From IMG/VR virus record IMGVR_UViG_3300006169_000035: 20,000 nt of DNA, one strand, 5' to 3'. This document shows positions 1 through 7,917 of this stretch, piece by piece. A program made the position numbers and the translations under genes. Each line of letters opens with the position of its first letter. The stretch's first letter is position 1. The notes under the pieces are model-generated. The model did no database searches. It was not told the origin of the DNA and saw only the letters and a list, made by a program, of their open reading frames with translations. The DNA is from an uncultured virus (IMG/VR IMGVR_UViG_3300006169_000035) (Duplodnaviria > Heunggongvirae > Uroviricota > Caudoviricetes).

Positions 1-617
1 CCCTTCTTCTTCCCACTCTTCTTCTTCACGCTCTGCCTCTTCTTTCCGCGCCAGCCAGGTTCGATCCGATCGGCGATCGCGGCACAGTAGGCACCGGGAT
101 CGGAAACCTTCTTCTTCCCGCGGCGCTTGCTGACCTTCTTGATGCAGCCGCTGACGCTGCCGCCGGGCATCTCCTTCATCGGGTTGCCCTTGCGACCTCG
201 CTTCTTGCGACGCGGGTTGTCCTCGGAGTACGCCGCGCTCACCAGCGCCTCTTCGAGCATCGCGTAGGGCTCTTCGAGCTCCTTGCGGAGGCACGACGAT
301 ATCTTCTGCCAACGGCGCTCGGTGGCATCGGGGTAGAACTCGTCCCATCTGCCATCCCAGATCCCGACGCCTTCGCCGGCGAGTGTCGCGTAGACGTCGT
401 ACGCGGTCCCCGGATCGTTGAAGAGCCGCGACGTGTTTCCCTTCGGAGGGAACTTCTTGAAGCAGGACTTGAGCGCTTCCTGGACGCTCTCCTCGAAGTA
501 GACCGATGCGTCCCGTACCTCGTCAGGCATGCTGACCCGCTTGTCCGCGAGACCGTCGAGGACGAACTGCGCCCAGTCTTCAGGCGCATACTCCGGGTTC
601 TTCTTCTTGCGTGCCAT
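1..617 (-). CDS. Basic hypothetical protein with NP motifs, running off the window edge (missing from the ORF track)
   Basis: ATG at 617, 2 nt after the upstream stop, and the frame stays open to base 1: MARKKKNPEYAPEDWAQFVLDG...SEDNPRRKKRGRKGNPMKEMPGGSVSGCIKKVSKRRGKKKVSDPGAYCAAIADRIEPGWRGKK. Confidence 0.85.
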   Translation of the reverse strand, partial: MARKKKNPEYAPEDWAQFVLDGLADKRVSMPDEVRDASVYFEESVQEALKSCFKKFPPKGNTSRLFNDPGTAYDVYATLAGEGVGIWDGRWDEFYPDATERRWQKISSCLRKELEEPYAMLEEALVSAAYSEDNPRRKKRGRKGNPMKEMPGGSVSGCIKKVSKRRGKKKVSDPGAYCAAIADRIEPGWRGKKRQSVKKKSGKKK

Positions 618-619
618 CC

Positions 620-925
620 TCATTTCCCTTCGGCGTAGTCGCGAGCTTCTTGCAGGGATCCTACAACAAGAGGCCTGCCCGACGACGGCTCGAGCTGCCA
701 GCGTCCGTCTTCGAGTTCGTAGGTGACCCACGTGGTCCCGTTGATCCTGACGGTTAGCGCGTGGCCAAGCGGAGCCTGAGCGTGATCGATCCTCGACCAC
801 TGCAGACGCCTGGGGTTCCGCTGTCGTTGCTCCGGTCGCCGCACGAGCCTGTAGATCCCGTAGCTCACAGCTGCAACGCCGAGAGCTGCGCCTCCTGCAA
901 CGAGGATCTTCGTGGTGCGCGTCAT
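620..925 (-). CDS. Small membrane-anchored protein
   Basis: N-terminal hydrophobic helix ending SYGIYRLVRRP, then RQRNP and a short beta-rich domain; fits the operon packing. Confidence 0.85.
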   Translation of the reverse strand: MTRTTKILVAGGAALGVAAVSYGIYRLVRRPEQRQRNPRRLQWSRIDHAQAPLGHALTVRINGTTWVTYELEDGRWQLEPSSGRPLVVGSLQEARDYAEGK

Positions 926-929
926 GGGA

Positions 930-1313
930 TCAGATCGGTGGCAGCACTTGGCTAGGTGTGACGCGACCGGGACATCCTGAGAGGCAGACCGCTGCGCCCA
1001 TCTGCGCAGCGATCCACTTGCGAGCCTTGTCGCTCGCCTTCTCGGCGGTCTTCGCTGAGAAGACGCGGATCATCGCGCCGTCGAGATAGACGAGCGCCCA
1101 GTACGGCCTGCCGAACGGCATGCGCTGCACTCGGTACTCGTAGGTCGCTCCGGGCAGCCCGAGTCCGCCCTCGGGCGTGTCGCTCGCGGCCGTGGGTCGC
1201 GTGAGGCGGTAGATCCCGTAGCCGATGAGGCCCGCTCCTGCGAGCCCCCCGATCGTCAGCACAGCGATCTGTGCTCCGCTCGGGTTCTTCTTCCTTCGTC
1301 GTCTGCGTGCCAT
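930..1313 (-). CDS. Small membrane protein with polybasic-NP leader (127 aa)
   Basis: Start revised to ATG 1313 (upstream GAAGGGAG RBS). MARRRRRKKNPSG, then a TM helix ending GYGIYRLTRP. Confidence 0.85.
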   Translation of the reverse strand: MARRRRRKKNPSGAQIAVLTIGGLAGAGLIGYGIYRLTRPTAASDTPEGGLGLPGATYEYRVQRMPFGRPYWALVYLDGAMIRVFSAKTAEKASDKARKWIAAQMGAAVCLSGCPGRVTPSQVLPPI

Positions 1314-1326
1314 GGTGCTTCTCCCT

Positions 1327-1542
1327 TCAGGTCCCGATGACATCTTCGGGACCGGCCCAGTTCTCGCCGGGGATGAGGACTCCGGTCTCGATCGCCTTGT
1401 TGAAGAGACGGTTGCATCCCCAGCCGGCGAGGACGAAGCCTCCGACTCCGCCGACGAGTACCGCTGCGCCCATCAGCAGACCCGTTTCGAGTCCGGTGGG
1501 ATTTCTGCGACGTCGACCGCCGCGTCTGTTTCGCTTGGCCAT
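1327..1542 (-). CDS. Small membrane protein with polybasic-NP leader (71 aa)
   Basis: MAKRNRRGGRRRRNPTG followed by a Gly-rich TM helix; GAAGGGAG RBS upstream. Confidence 0.85.
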   Translation of the reverse strand: MAKRNRRGGRRRRNPTGLETGLLMGAAVLVGGVGGFVLAGWGCNRLFNKAIETGVLIPGENWAGPEDVIGT

Positions 1543-1564
1543 GTTCGTGTCTCCCTTCTTCGCT

Positions 1565-1795
1565 TCAGCTCCACGTGTCCGGAACGCCGTAGTCGGGCTC
1601 CATCGGGAAGTCGTCGGTGCGTTCGTCGAAGCGCTTCTGCGCGTCGTCGACCATCTTCGTCCCCTTCTTGATCCCGTAGATCATGACGCCTCCCACGATG
1701 AGCGCTGGGACCACGACGCCGAGGGTGACCCCGATCGCGACCCATGCTCCCGTGCTGAGGTTCTTCTTGCGCTTGCGTCTTCGTTTGCCTGCCAT
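1565..1795 (-). CDS. Small membrane protein with polybasic-NL leader (76 aa)
   Basis: Start revised to ATG 1795 (TGATG overlap with the upstream stop). MAGKRRRKRKKNLSTG followed by a long TM helix. Confidence 0.85.
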   Translation of the reverse strand: MAGKRRRKRKKNLSTGAWVAIGVTLGVVVPALIVGGVMIYGIKKGTKMVDDAQKRFDERTDDFPMEPDYGVPDTWS

Positions 1796-2319
1796 CACTG
1801 CAACTCCTCGATGGACACGCCCTGGCCTTGCGCCCACCGTTGCATCATCGCGTACCAGGTCGCGACGTCGTCTTCGGTCAGCATGCTGTCCTGCTGCATC
1901 ACCGTGATCAGCTCGGAGAACACGACCGCGAACAGCTTGGCTTCGCCCGGGAGATTGGTCCGGGCCGGATAGGTCGCGCAGCTCGGAGCCAGGCTTCGCA
2001 CGTAGCGAGCTGCAATCGCGAACGGATCGACGGGTCCCGACGCCGAAGCAGACCGGATGCGCTGACGAAGTTCGTCGCGCAGTCGTGGCTGATCGACGAG
2101 ATCGAACGACGCGCAACCGGGAGCGACTACGATCGGACGACTCAGCAGATCGTCGTCCGTGGCTGCCCACGCGATGGTGGCGATGGTAGCGATCGCGATG
2201 ACGCTGCCGCCTACGCCGAGCGCGATCTTCTCGGCGCGCGAGAGATTTCGCAGCGGGTTCCTGATGCGCCGCAGCGGGTTACCGATCCGCCGAAGCGGAT
2301 TGCGAGGGCTGACCCTCAT
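1795..2319 (-). CDS. Membrane-anchored protein with a tandemly repeated NPLRRI leader
   Basis: MRVSPRNPLRRIGNPLRRIRNPLRNLS, a TM helix and a helical C-terminal domain; GAAGGGGAG RBS. Confidence 0.85.
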   Translation of the reverse strand: MRVSPRNPLRRIGNPLRRIRNPLRNLSRAEKIALGVGGSVIAIATIATIAWAATDDDLLSRPIVVAPGCASFDLVDQPRLRDELRQRIRSASASGPVDPFAIAARYVRSLAPSCATYPARTNLPGEAKLFAVVFSELITVMQQDSMLTEDDVATWYAMMQRWAQGQGVSIEELQ

Positions 2320-2322
2320 CGG

Positions 2323-2820
2323 TCAGCACTCCCCTTCTGGCGGACACGGCATCCACGAGTAGTACCAGCTTGGGGGATAGAAGGCCGTCGGACGCGGGGC
2401 AGCCAACGGCCGCGCCGCCATCTGCTGGGCGATTTGCATCGCCGAAAACGGGTTCGCGATCGGCAAGCCGCCGCGACTGGCGATGTAAGCCGAGGCGACC
2501 GTCTGCGCGACCTCGGGCGACTCGTAGGGGCCGGGAAAGAGCACCGGCCCACCGGGGCCATGACCGACCGTCGTCGAATAGCCTGCCGGCGTCTGCTGGA
2601 CCGAGTAGGGCTGCGTCGGAGCGACCCACGGCCTGCCGTATGGGTAGTACGACGAGTAGCCCCACGGCCATCCGTATGGGTTGCGCTGTCCGGAGCTCGC
2701 GAGGAAGGTGTTGCTGCCTCCTCCGTAGCTGCGGAAGCGCGGGTTCGCCGAAGGATTGGAAAGCCCGAGCGCCTGACGGCGGGCTTCCATGATCGGGCCA
2801 CTGCTTCTTCGTCGTCTCAT
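2323..2820 (-). CDS. Pro/Tyr/Gly-rich low-complexity protein with several NP motifs (165 aa)
   Basis: Start revised to ATG 2820 (ATGA overlap, GGAGGT RBS). MRRRRSSG...SNPSANPRF...QRNPYGWPWGY...ANPF. Confidence 0.8.
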   Translation of the reverse strand: MRRRRSSGPIMEARRQALGLSNPSANPRFRSYGGGSNTFLASSGQRNPYGWPWGYSSYYPYGRPWVAPTQPYSVQQTPAGYSTTVGHGPGGPVLFPGPYESPEVAQTVASAYIASRGGLPIANPFSAMQIAQQMAARPLAAPRPTAFYPPSWYYSWMPCPPEGEC

Positions 2821-3818
2821 GCTGCACCTCCAAGCGTTCGCTTGTTGTAGTAGCTCTGATTGGCGACGGTCCCGAGGAGCTGCACGGCCGTCCAAGCCTT
2901 CCACTCGGCGCCCCCGTACGCGTACGGCGAGAGCCCCTGCGACCAGTCCGAGCTCGGCACGAGCTGCGTCAGGATCCGACCGATGGCCGCGTCTCGATCC
3001 GCTGCCTTCGACCAGTCCACGCCGTTGCCGATCTGCACGAGCGCAAGCTCGTACACGGCTCGAGTATGCTCGGGCGTGAGGCCGGTGATCAGCGTGGAGA
3101 TCGCCTTGGGATCGACGTTGGTCGACAGCGAGTAGGTGCCGCCTTCGTCGACGAGCACCACATGCGTGTCGTCGAGCAGGCCGTCCGAGCCAACAACTCC
3201 GAACATCGCGCCGGCGGGCGACTCGACTTGTCCGGCGACGAGGACGTTGAGCACCGGCACGGTCTCGTACTCTTCGAAGTTCGCCTCCGGTGTCTGGACC
3301 ATGATCGGCTGTTGGATGTCGAGCATGACGTACGGCACGTCGCCGATCGTGGTCGAAGCGCCAAGGATGCTCGCGACACCTTCCCCGCCTCCAGGAAGCT
3401 GAGCTCGCCGACGCTGCACGAGACGATAGGCGCCGTAGCCTGTCGCGGCCGCAAGAACGCCTCCTCCGAGCGCGAGCAAGATCGTCGAGCCCGCAGGGTT
3501 CATGCGGGGGTTGCTCTTCTTGCTGTCGGGGCTGAAGCCAGCGAGGTAGCCACCGAGTGCCGCGCCGATCGGACCGAGGAACACGCCGCCGAGGCCACCG
3601 CCGATCGCACCTCTGCGCTTCCTGTCGTCCTTGGCTCCGTAGTAGCCGCCGAGCGCTGCTCCGCCTGCCCAGCCGACCCACGTCACGACGGCTCCGAAGC
3701 CCTTGGCTCCGAGCGCCATCAGCAGGTGACCTGGGATCCCGCCGATGATGCTGCCGATGAACGCTCCGAGGCCGGAGTGGTTGTTGACGGGGTTCTTCCT
3801 CTTGCGTCTGCGGCTCAT
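2817..3818 (-). CDS. Multi-module membrane protein: glycine-zipper region, second NP/TM module, soluble domain
   Basis: MSRRRKRKNP, GxxxG-rich hydrophobic helices, KKSNPRMNP, then a TM helix ending GYGAYRLVQRRR; ATGA overlaps at both ends. Confidence 0.88.
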   Translation of the reverse strand: MSRRRKRKNPVNNHSGLGAFIGSIIGGIPGHLLMALGAKGFGAVVTWVGWAGGAALGGYYGAKDDRKRRGAIGGGLGGVFLGPIGAALGGYLAGFSPDSKKSNPRMNPAGSTILLALGGGVLAAATGYGAYRLVQRRRAQLPGGGEGVASILGASTTIGDVPYVMLDIQQPIMVQTPEANFEEYETVPVLNVLVAGQVESPAGAMFGVVGSDGLLDDTHVVLVDEGGTYSLSTNVDPKAISTLITGLTPEHTRAVYELALVQIGNGVDWSKAADRDAAIGRILTQLVPSSDWSQGLSPYAYGGAEWKAWTAVQLLGTVANQSYYNKRTLGGAA

Positions 3819-3973
3819 GCTCCACCTCCGAGCGCTGCGCTCTTCTTCTTGCGGGACTTGTAGGCCAGGATCCCGCCGGCGACGACGAGCCCAACCGTGA
3901 GACTCACGGGTAGCAGCCAGGGGCTGACCCCGAGCTTGTAGTTCTTGCGTCTGCGTTTGCGCTTGCCTGCCAT
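3815..3973 (-). CDS. Small membrane protein with polybasic-NY leader (52 aa)
   Basis: Start revised to ATG 3973 (TGATG overlap). MAGKRKRRRKNYKLG, a TM helix and a basic tail. Confidence 0.8.
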   Translation of the reverse strand: MAGKRKRRRKNYKLGVSPWLLPVSLTVGLVVAGGILAYKSRKKKSAALGGGA

Positions 3974-4392
3974 CACGTCACCTGATCGTATTTGTCGACG
4001 AGGATCGCGAGCGCTTGCTCGCGGGTGGCCGTAGGCCAGAAGCCATCGACCACGAGACCTTTGAGGTTGCTTCCGGTTGCGACCACGACGTAGTTGCACG
4101 GCGGATCACAGACGTCGGAAGGTGAGCGGAGCTTGAGGATCCGCCACGCGAACTTGAACCCTTGCGGCCCTTCGACGTCGTAGAAGCCGACGTCGTCGAG
4201 ATCCCATCCCATGGGGAACGAGCTCACCTCGGGCATCGTTCCCTCGAGCCGTTCTTCCCACCACTGCTTGGGCTGCTCGATCGCCTTGGGGCGGCTCAGC
4301 ACACGCACGAGCAGGACGGCCGCCGACGCAGCGACGACGCCGGTGCCGATGAGCGCGGGGATGAACCAGGTCGGGTTACGTCGCCGAGTCAT
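3973..4392 (-). CDS. Membrane-anchored protein with RRRNP leader
   Basis: MTRRRNPTWFIPALIG... TM helix, then a soluble domain; TGATG overlaps. Confidence 0.85.
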   Translation of the reverse strand: MTRRRNPTWFIPALIGTGVVAASAAVLLVRVLSRPKAIEQPKQWWEERLEGTMPEVSSFPMGWDLDDVGFYDVEGPQGFKFAWRILKLRSPSDVCDPPCNYVVVATGSNLKGLVVDGFWPTATREQALAILVDKYDQVT

Positions 4393-5147
4393 CAGTGGAT
4401 GAGCCCCCTCGGATGCAAGTCGAGCTCGCCTCCGTGAATGATGATGATGTTCGGGACGGTGCGGTCGGTGTCCTGCCAGATCCAGACGTCGTACCAGTGG
4501 TTGTGGATGTACTCCTGCGCTTCGAGCTTCGCGGGATCGGGATCAGCGTCGTTCCACTTGTCCGACGCGTAGCTCAGACTGTCGGCTGCGCCGATCGCCT
4601 TCACGCTGACGTCTGGGATCCCGACGGTCAGCAGGCACTGCGGGTCGCGCTGATGCCAGCTGCGGTAGAGCTCGACGCTCTCCCACATGGAGTCCGGGAT
4701 CGGGTTGCACTCCTGCGGGTAGGGCTGGTTCGGCATCGCGTAGAGCATCTTGCGGCCGTTGTCCCACCACAGCAGAGGCGGATGGTTGCGATCGAGCTCA
4801 CGAACCTGCAGACGACCTCGCCGATCGAGGAACACGTACTCCACGAGGACACCGAGATCGATGAGCGGCTTCTTCGGCATGGGCGCCTTGCCGCCGCCGG
4901 GCCAGTGGCACACGCCGTCGCTACAGCGCTTCCAGGTCTGCTTGCCGGTCTGGTTCCACCGAAGCGTGATCTCTCGCCACGCTGCCCGACGAGCCAGATC
5001 CTTCTTCCCGTAGACGTCGAGGCCCTCCTCGTACGCCTCGTCCCACTCCTCGCGCACCGCATCTGGCAGCGTTCGAGGGGATGGATCCGGGGGATCGTGG
5101 ATCGACGGCAGCGCGTTGCGGCGTCGCTTTGGGACCTTCGAAGGCAT
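4392..5147 (-). CDS. ChaB-like N-terminal domain fused to an unknown beta-rich domain
   Basis: Residues about 27-74, LPDAVREEWDEAYEEGLDVYGKKDLARRAAWREITLRWNQTGKQTWKR, match the ChaB pattern LP..A..++..AFN.A...Y.....A...AW..V...Y......W. Leader is KRRRNA. Confidence 0.7.
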   Translation of the reverse strand: MPSKVPKRRRNALPSIHDPPDPSPRTLPDAVREEWDEAYEEGLDVYGKKDLARRAAWREITLRWNQTGKQTWKRCSDGVCHWPGGGKAPMPKKPLIDLGVLVEYVFLDRRGRLQVRELDRNHPPLLWWDNGRKMLYAMPNQPYPQECNPIPDSMWESVELYRSWHQRDPQCLLTVGIPDVSVKAIGAADSLSYASDKWNDADPDPAKLEAQEYIHNHWYDVWIWQDTDRTVPNIIIIHGGELDLHPRGLIH

Positions 5148-5644
5148 CAGTCGTCGTCTTCCTCTTCCTCGTCGTCCTCGTAGAACTCCTCGATCCTCCG
5201 TTCGAGCTTGCGGAAGTGCTCTTCCTGCTTGGCGTCCTGTCGTGCCTCGAACTCCGAGAGCATCCGACGCAGATCGTCGGACGTCGTGCGCTGATCTGCA
5301 GCCGCAGCCGCCGTGGCCGCCGCTGTCGCACGACGCCTGCGTCCCGTCGAGCGCAGTCGTGGGCTGTACGTGAGCGACTCCGGCATCGTGTCGTCGTACT
5401 GCGCTTCGGGCGGACCGTAGTCGCCTTCGAACCGAGGTGGCGGAGCAGGCGGAGCATCCTTGCGCTTCACCGCGCGACGAATGAGGTTGATGAGCCCATA
5501 GCCTCCGGCGACCGCGAAGACGCCGATGAAAGCACTGACCGCGGACGTCAAGATCGTCGTCTTGATGAGCTCGACTCGCTGATCGCGGACCTGATCGTCT
5601 GTGGGCGGGTTGGGCACGGCACGGATGTTGGGATTGTCGACCAT
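5147..5644 (-). CDS. Membrane protein with C-terminal coiled coil and acidic tail (165 aa)
   Basis: Start revised to ATG 5644. MVDNPNIRAVPNPP, a TM helix ending GYGLINLIRR, a Pro-rich linker, a coiled coil and an EDDEEEEDDD end. Confidence 0.82.
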   Translation of the reverse strand: MVDNPNIRAVPNPPTDDQVRDQRVELIKTTILTSAVSAFIGVFAVAGGYGLINLIRRAVKRKDAPPAPPPRFEGDYGPPEAQYDDTMPESLTYSPRLRSTGRRRRATAAATAAAAADQRTTSDDLRRMLSEFEARQDAKQEEHFRKLERRIEEFYEDDEEEEDDD

Positions 5645-5648
5645 GGTG

Positions 5649-6278
5649 TCACGCGTACGCAGCCGAGCGACCGACGGCGGCAAGAACCGCATCGATGCCC
5701 GGCCAGTGGTAGTTGCTGCGGATTGCCCTCTTGAACATGAAGTTCGGATCGATGCCAGCGCATTCGAGACCGCGTGCGAGTTGCGATCGGTAGCCGGGAT
5801 GATCGACATCGTCGGTGTCGGTCGGGTAGCCCCAGCAGCGGCGGAAGGCGAGCCAGTCGAGCTCCTGGCCCTCGTCGCCAAATGGGATGCACCGATGGAT
5901 GTACCACGCCGCGAGAGCGGTCGCGGTCCACGGATCCTTGAGCGCTGACGCAGGCAGCCCAAGATCGTAGACCCGAGCAGACTCGGGCCGCATGCCGTAG
6001 AGGCCACGGGCCGCGTTGCCGGAGTCCGATCCCGCGTTCGGATTGCCGCGGCTCTCGATCCAGGCGACGCCGGAGAGGAAGTCGCCGAGGCCGTCGAGGT
6101 TCGTGATCCGCTCGATCGGCTTGGCCATCTCGTGGATGAGCGCGGGCGCACCCGGATCGACCCATCCTCGGCAGAGCTGCGGAGCAGCATCGGGCAACAG
6201 GGCGTATACGCCGGTGCCCACGAGCGCCGCGACGCCAACGCCCAGAGCTCCGTACGCCGCCCACTGCGGGATCTTCAA
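5649..6278 (-). CDS. Membrane-anchored lytic transglycosylase (SLT/lysozyme-like fold)
   Basis: N-terminal TM. Catalytic motif WIESRGNPNA (Glu75), ARGLYGM (GLMQ-like), LKDP and AAWY motifs. TTG start with GGGAGG RBS and TTGA overlap. Confidence 0.85.
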   Translation of the reverse strand: MKIPQWAAYGALGVGVAALVGTGVYALLPDAAPQLCRGWVDPGAPALIHEMAKPIERITNLDGLGDFLSGVAWIESRGNPNAGSDSGNAARGLYGMRPESARVYDLGLPASALKDPWTATALAAWYIHRCIPFGDEGQELDWLAFRRCWGYPTDTDDVDHPGYRSQLARGLECAGIDPNFMFKRAIRSNYHWPGIDAVLAAVGRSAAYA

Positions 6279-6601
6279 CGCCGCCCTCCCGCGCTGGCTC
6301 GCTTGCCGCGCTTCTTCTTGTATGCGAGGGCTTTCTCGGTGACGACGTGCACCATCGGCTCGGCGACGTCGAGCAGGTCTCGATGCTCTGGAAGAACGCG
6401 ACGGCCAACGCGAGCCATGAGCGTCACCAGGTCGTTCTTCTTTTCGAGCCGGAACCGCGGGAGGTCTTCGTCGACCAGGAGTTCGGCGATGAGCTTGCCG
6501 AGTTCCTCTTCGTTCCTCGCGGAGTGGACACGTTCGAGCGCATCGGTGACCAGGTAGTGGTCGTCGACGCGACGGATGCTGAGCAAGATCGGATCGTTCA
6601 T
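6275..6601 (-). CDS. Hypothetical helical protein with basic C-terminus (108 aa)
   Basis: Start revised to ATG 6601 (ATGA overlap with the upstream gene). Confidence 0.75.
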   Translation of the reverse strand: MNDPILLSIRRVDDHYLVTDALERVHSARNEEELGKLIAELLVDEDLPRFRLEKKNDLVTLMARVGRRVLPEHRDLLDVAEPMVHVVTEKALAYKKKRGKRASAGGRR

Positions 6602-7014
6602 CGCAGCCACCCCGTCAGTAGAGCACGGTACCAAGCCGGACCGGGAGGCATGTGTCGCGGCCGGGGCGTACGTGGCGGAGGCGGGTACGATGCGGGGATT
6701 CCCGTGGTGTTGAGCAGGGCGGCTACGCTGCTCGCAACGCGGCGCGTGAACTCCATCTCGGGACCGGTACGCGGGGCTCCGATCGGGATCGAAGGTGCAA
6801 GACTGGAAACGATCTCGGACGTGATCGCGTCAGCGTTGTCGCCCCAGGCCACGCGAGCTCGACCGTAGGTAGGCAAGAAGCACGACGAGATCCAAGAAGG
6901 CGTCACCCGGAGCCGGCCAGCGGCGAACGGAGACGAGCACGGACGAGGATGCGCCGGCGCGAGTACGACGTAGCCGTGGCGGCTGCGACGAGGGTATGTG
7001 CTCGCGGCGACCAT
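6598..7014 (-). CDS. Hypothetical Pro-rich protein
   Basis: Exactly fills the gap in the operon (TGAATG junction at 7012-7017, ATGA at 6598-6601). Confidence 0.65.
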   Translation of the reverse strand: MVAASTYPRRSRHGYVVLAPAHPRPCSSPFAAGRLRVTPSWISSCFLPTYGRARVAWGDNADAITSEIVSSLAPSIPIGAPRTGPEMEFTRRVASSVAALLNTTGIPASYPPPPRTPRPRHMPPGPAWYRALLTGWLR

Positions 7015-7917
7015 TCAGACCCCTGGCAGCTCCACTCCCGACATGTCGATGCCGAGTCTCATGATCGCAGGCGGGGGATGAAGCGTGCTCGAGCCGTCGC
7101 TCCACGCCCCGAAGCGGATCGAAGGCATCGGGTTGTTCGGTGACAACGCGGCGAGGTCGAAGGCAGGCATCCACACCAGCATCTGCCGGCTGCCGCGGGA
7201 GCCCGGCAGCGAGCGTCCTGCCACGCTCGTCGTCCTCCTGAGCGAGCGTCCCGACTGGATCCGATCGAGGTTGTCGGCGTGTCGCGGCAGCCAGTTGAGC
7301 CCGCGACCCTCCGCGTTGAGCACGTAGGCGCCGGAGAGTGGTCGCGCCGGATCGCCGCCGGGCTTGTTCGGATCGTTGCCGCCGGCGAGGTTGAGGTTGC
7401 TCTGTCCGTAGAGCAGATCGTTGATGCCACCGACGACCATGATCGCATCGCGGGTCTCTCGTCGCAGACGTCGCCCAAGGGACGCGTTTGCTTGCTGACC
7501 CTCAGCGGCCGCGATCGATGGATCGTTGCCCGCCATCGCAAGCGCAGATCCGAGAAGGGCCCGCACCATGCGGTCATACCCCCACGATGGCTTGAAGGGT
7601 CCGCTCGCGTCGCCGGCGTTGAACCACGTCGATGGCGTCGGGTAGTTCTCGTAGTGCAGCGCCGGGAACTCCCACGGGTATCCCGGGTCGTCAGGCGTGA
7701 CGATCTCCCACGCTGTCGACTCGTCGGAAGGCTCGTCGTCCTCCTCGTCGCTCTCGCCATCGTCGACGTCAGGCAACCGCGGGCCGAGCGGCTCTTCGGC
7801 AGTCGCCCTCCTGCGACGCGATGCAGCGTACGCAGCTCCGCCTAGACCGAGTACGAGCGCTCCCGATCCGATCATGAGCACCCACTGCGTGGGCGTCGGA
7901 TTTCGTCTACGCCTCAC
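7015..7917 (-). CDS. Membrane-anchored protein with RRRRNP leader (300 aa)
   Basis: Start revised to GTG 7917 (GTGA overlap, GGAGGT RBS). MRRRRNPTPTQWVLMIG..., TM helix, acidic linker, soluble domain. Confidence 0.85.
   Translation of the reverse strand: MRRRRNPTPTQWVLMIGSGALVLGLGGAAYAASRRRRATAEEPLGPRLPDVDDGESDEEDDEPSDESTAWEIVTPDDPGYPWEFPALHYENYPTPSTWFNAGDASGPFKPSWGYDRMVRALLGSALAMAGNDPSIAAAEGQQANASLGRRLRRETRDAIMVVGGINDLLYGQSNLNLAGGNDPNKPGGDPARPLSGAYVLNAEGRGLNWLPRHADNLDRIQSGRSLRRTTSVAGRSLPGSRGSRQMLVWMPAFDLAALSPNNPMPSIRFGAWSDGSSTLHPPPAIMRLGIDMSGVELPGV

Noticed and set aside
2323..3894. 523-aa ORF as a single gene, and similarly extended starts for 1565..2170, 5147..6238, 7015..8061, 10713..12236 and 17300..18451
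   Set aside because: The extensions overlap real upstream genes or a terminator. Internal starts with RBS and/or stop-start overlaps fit much better.
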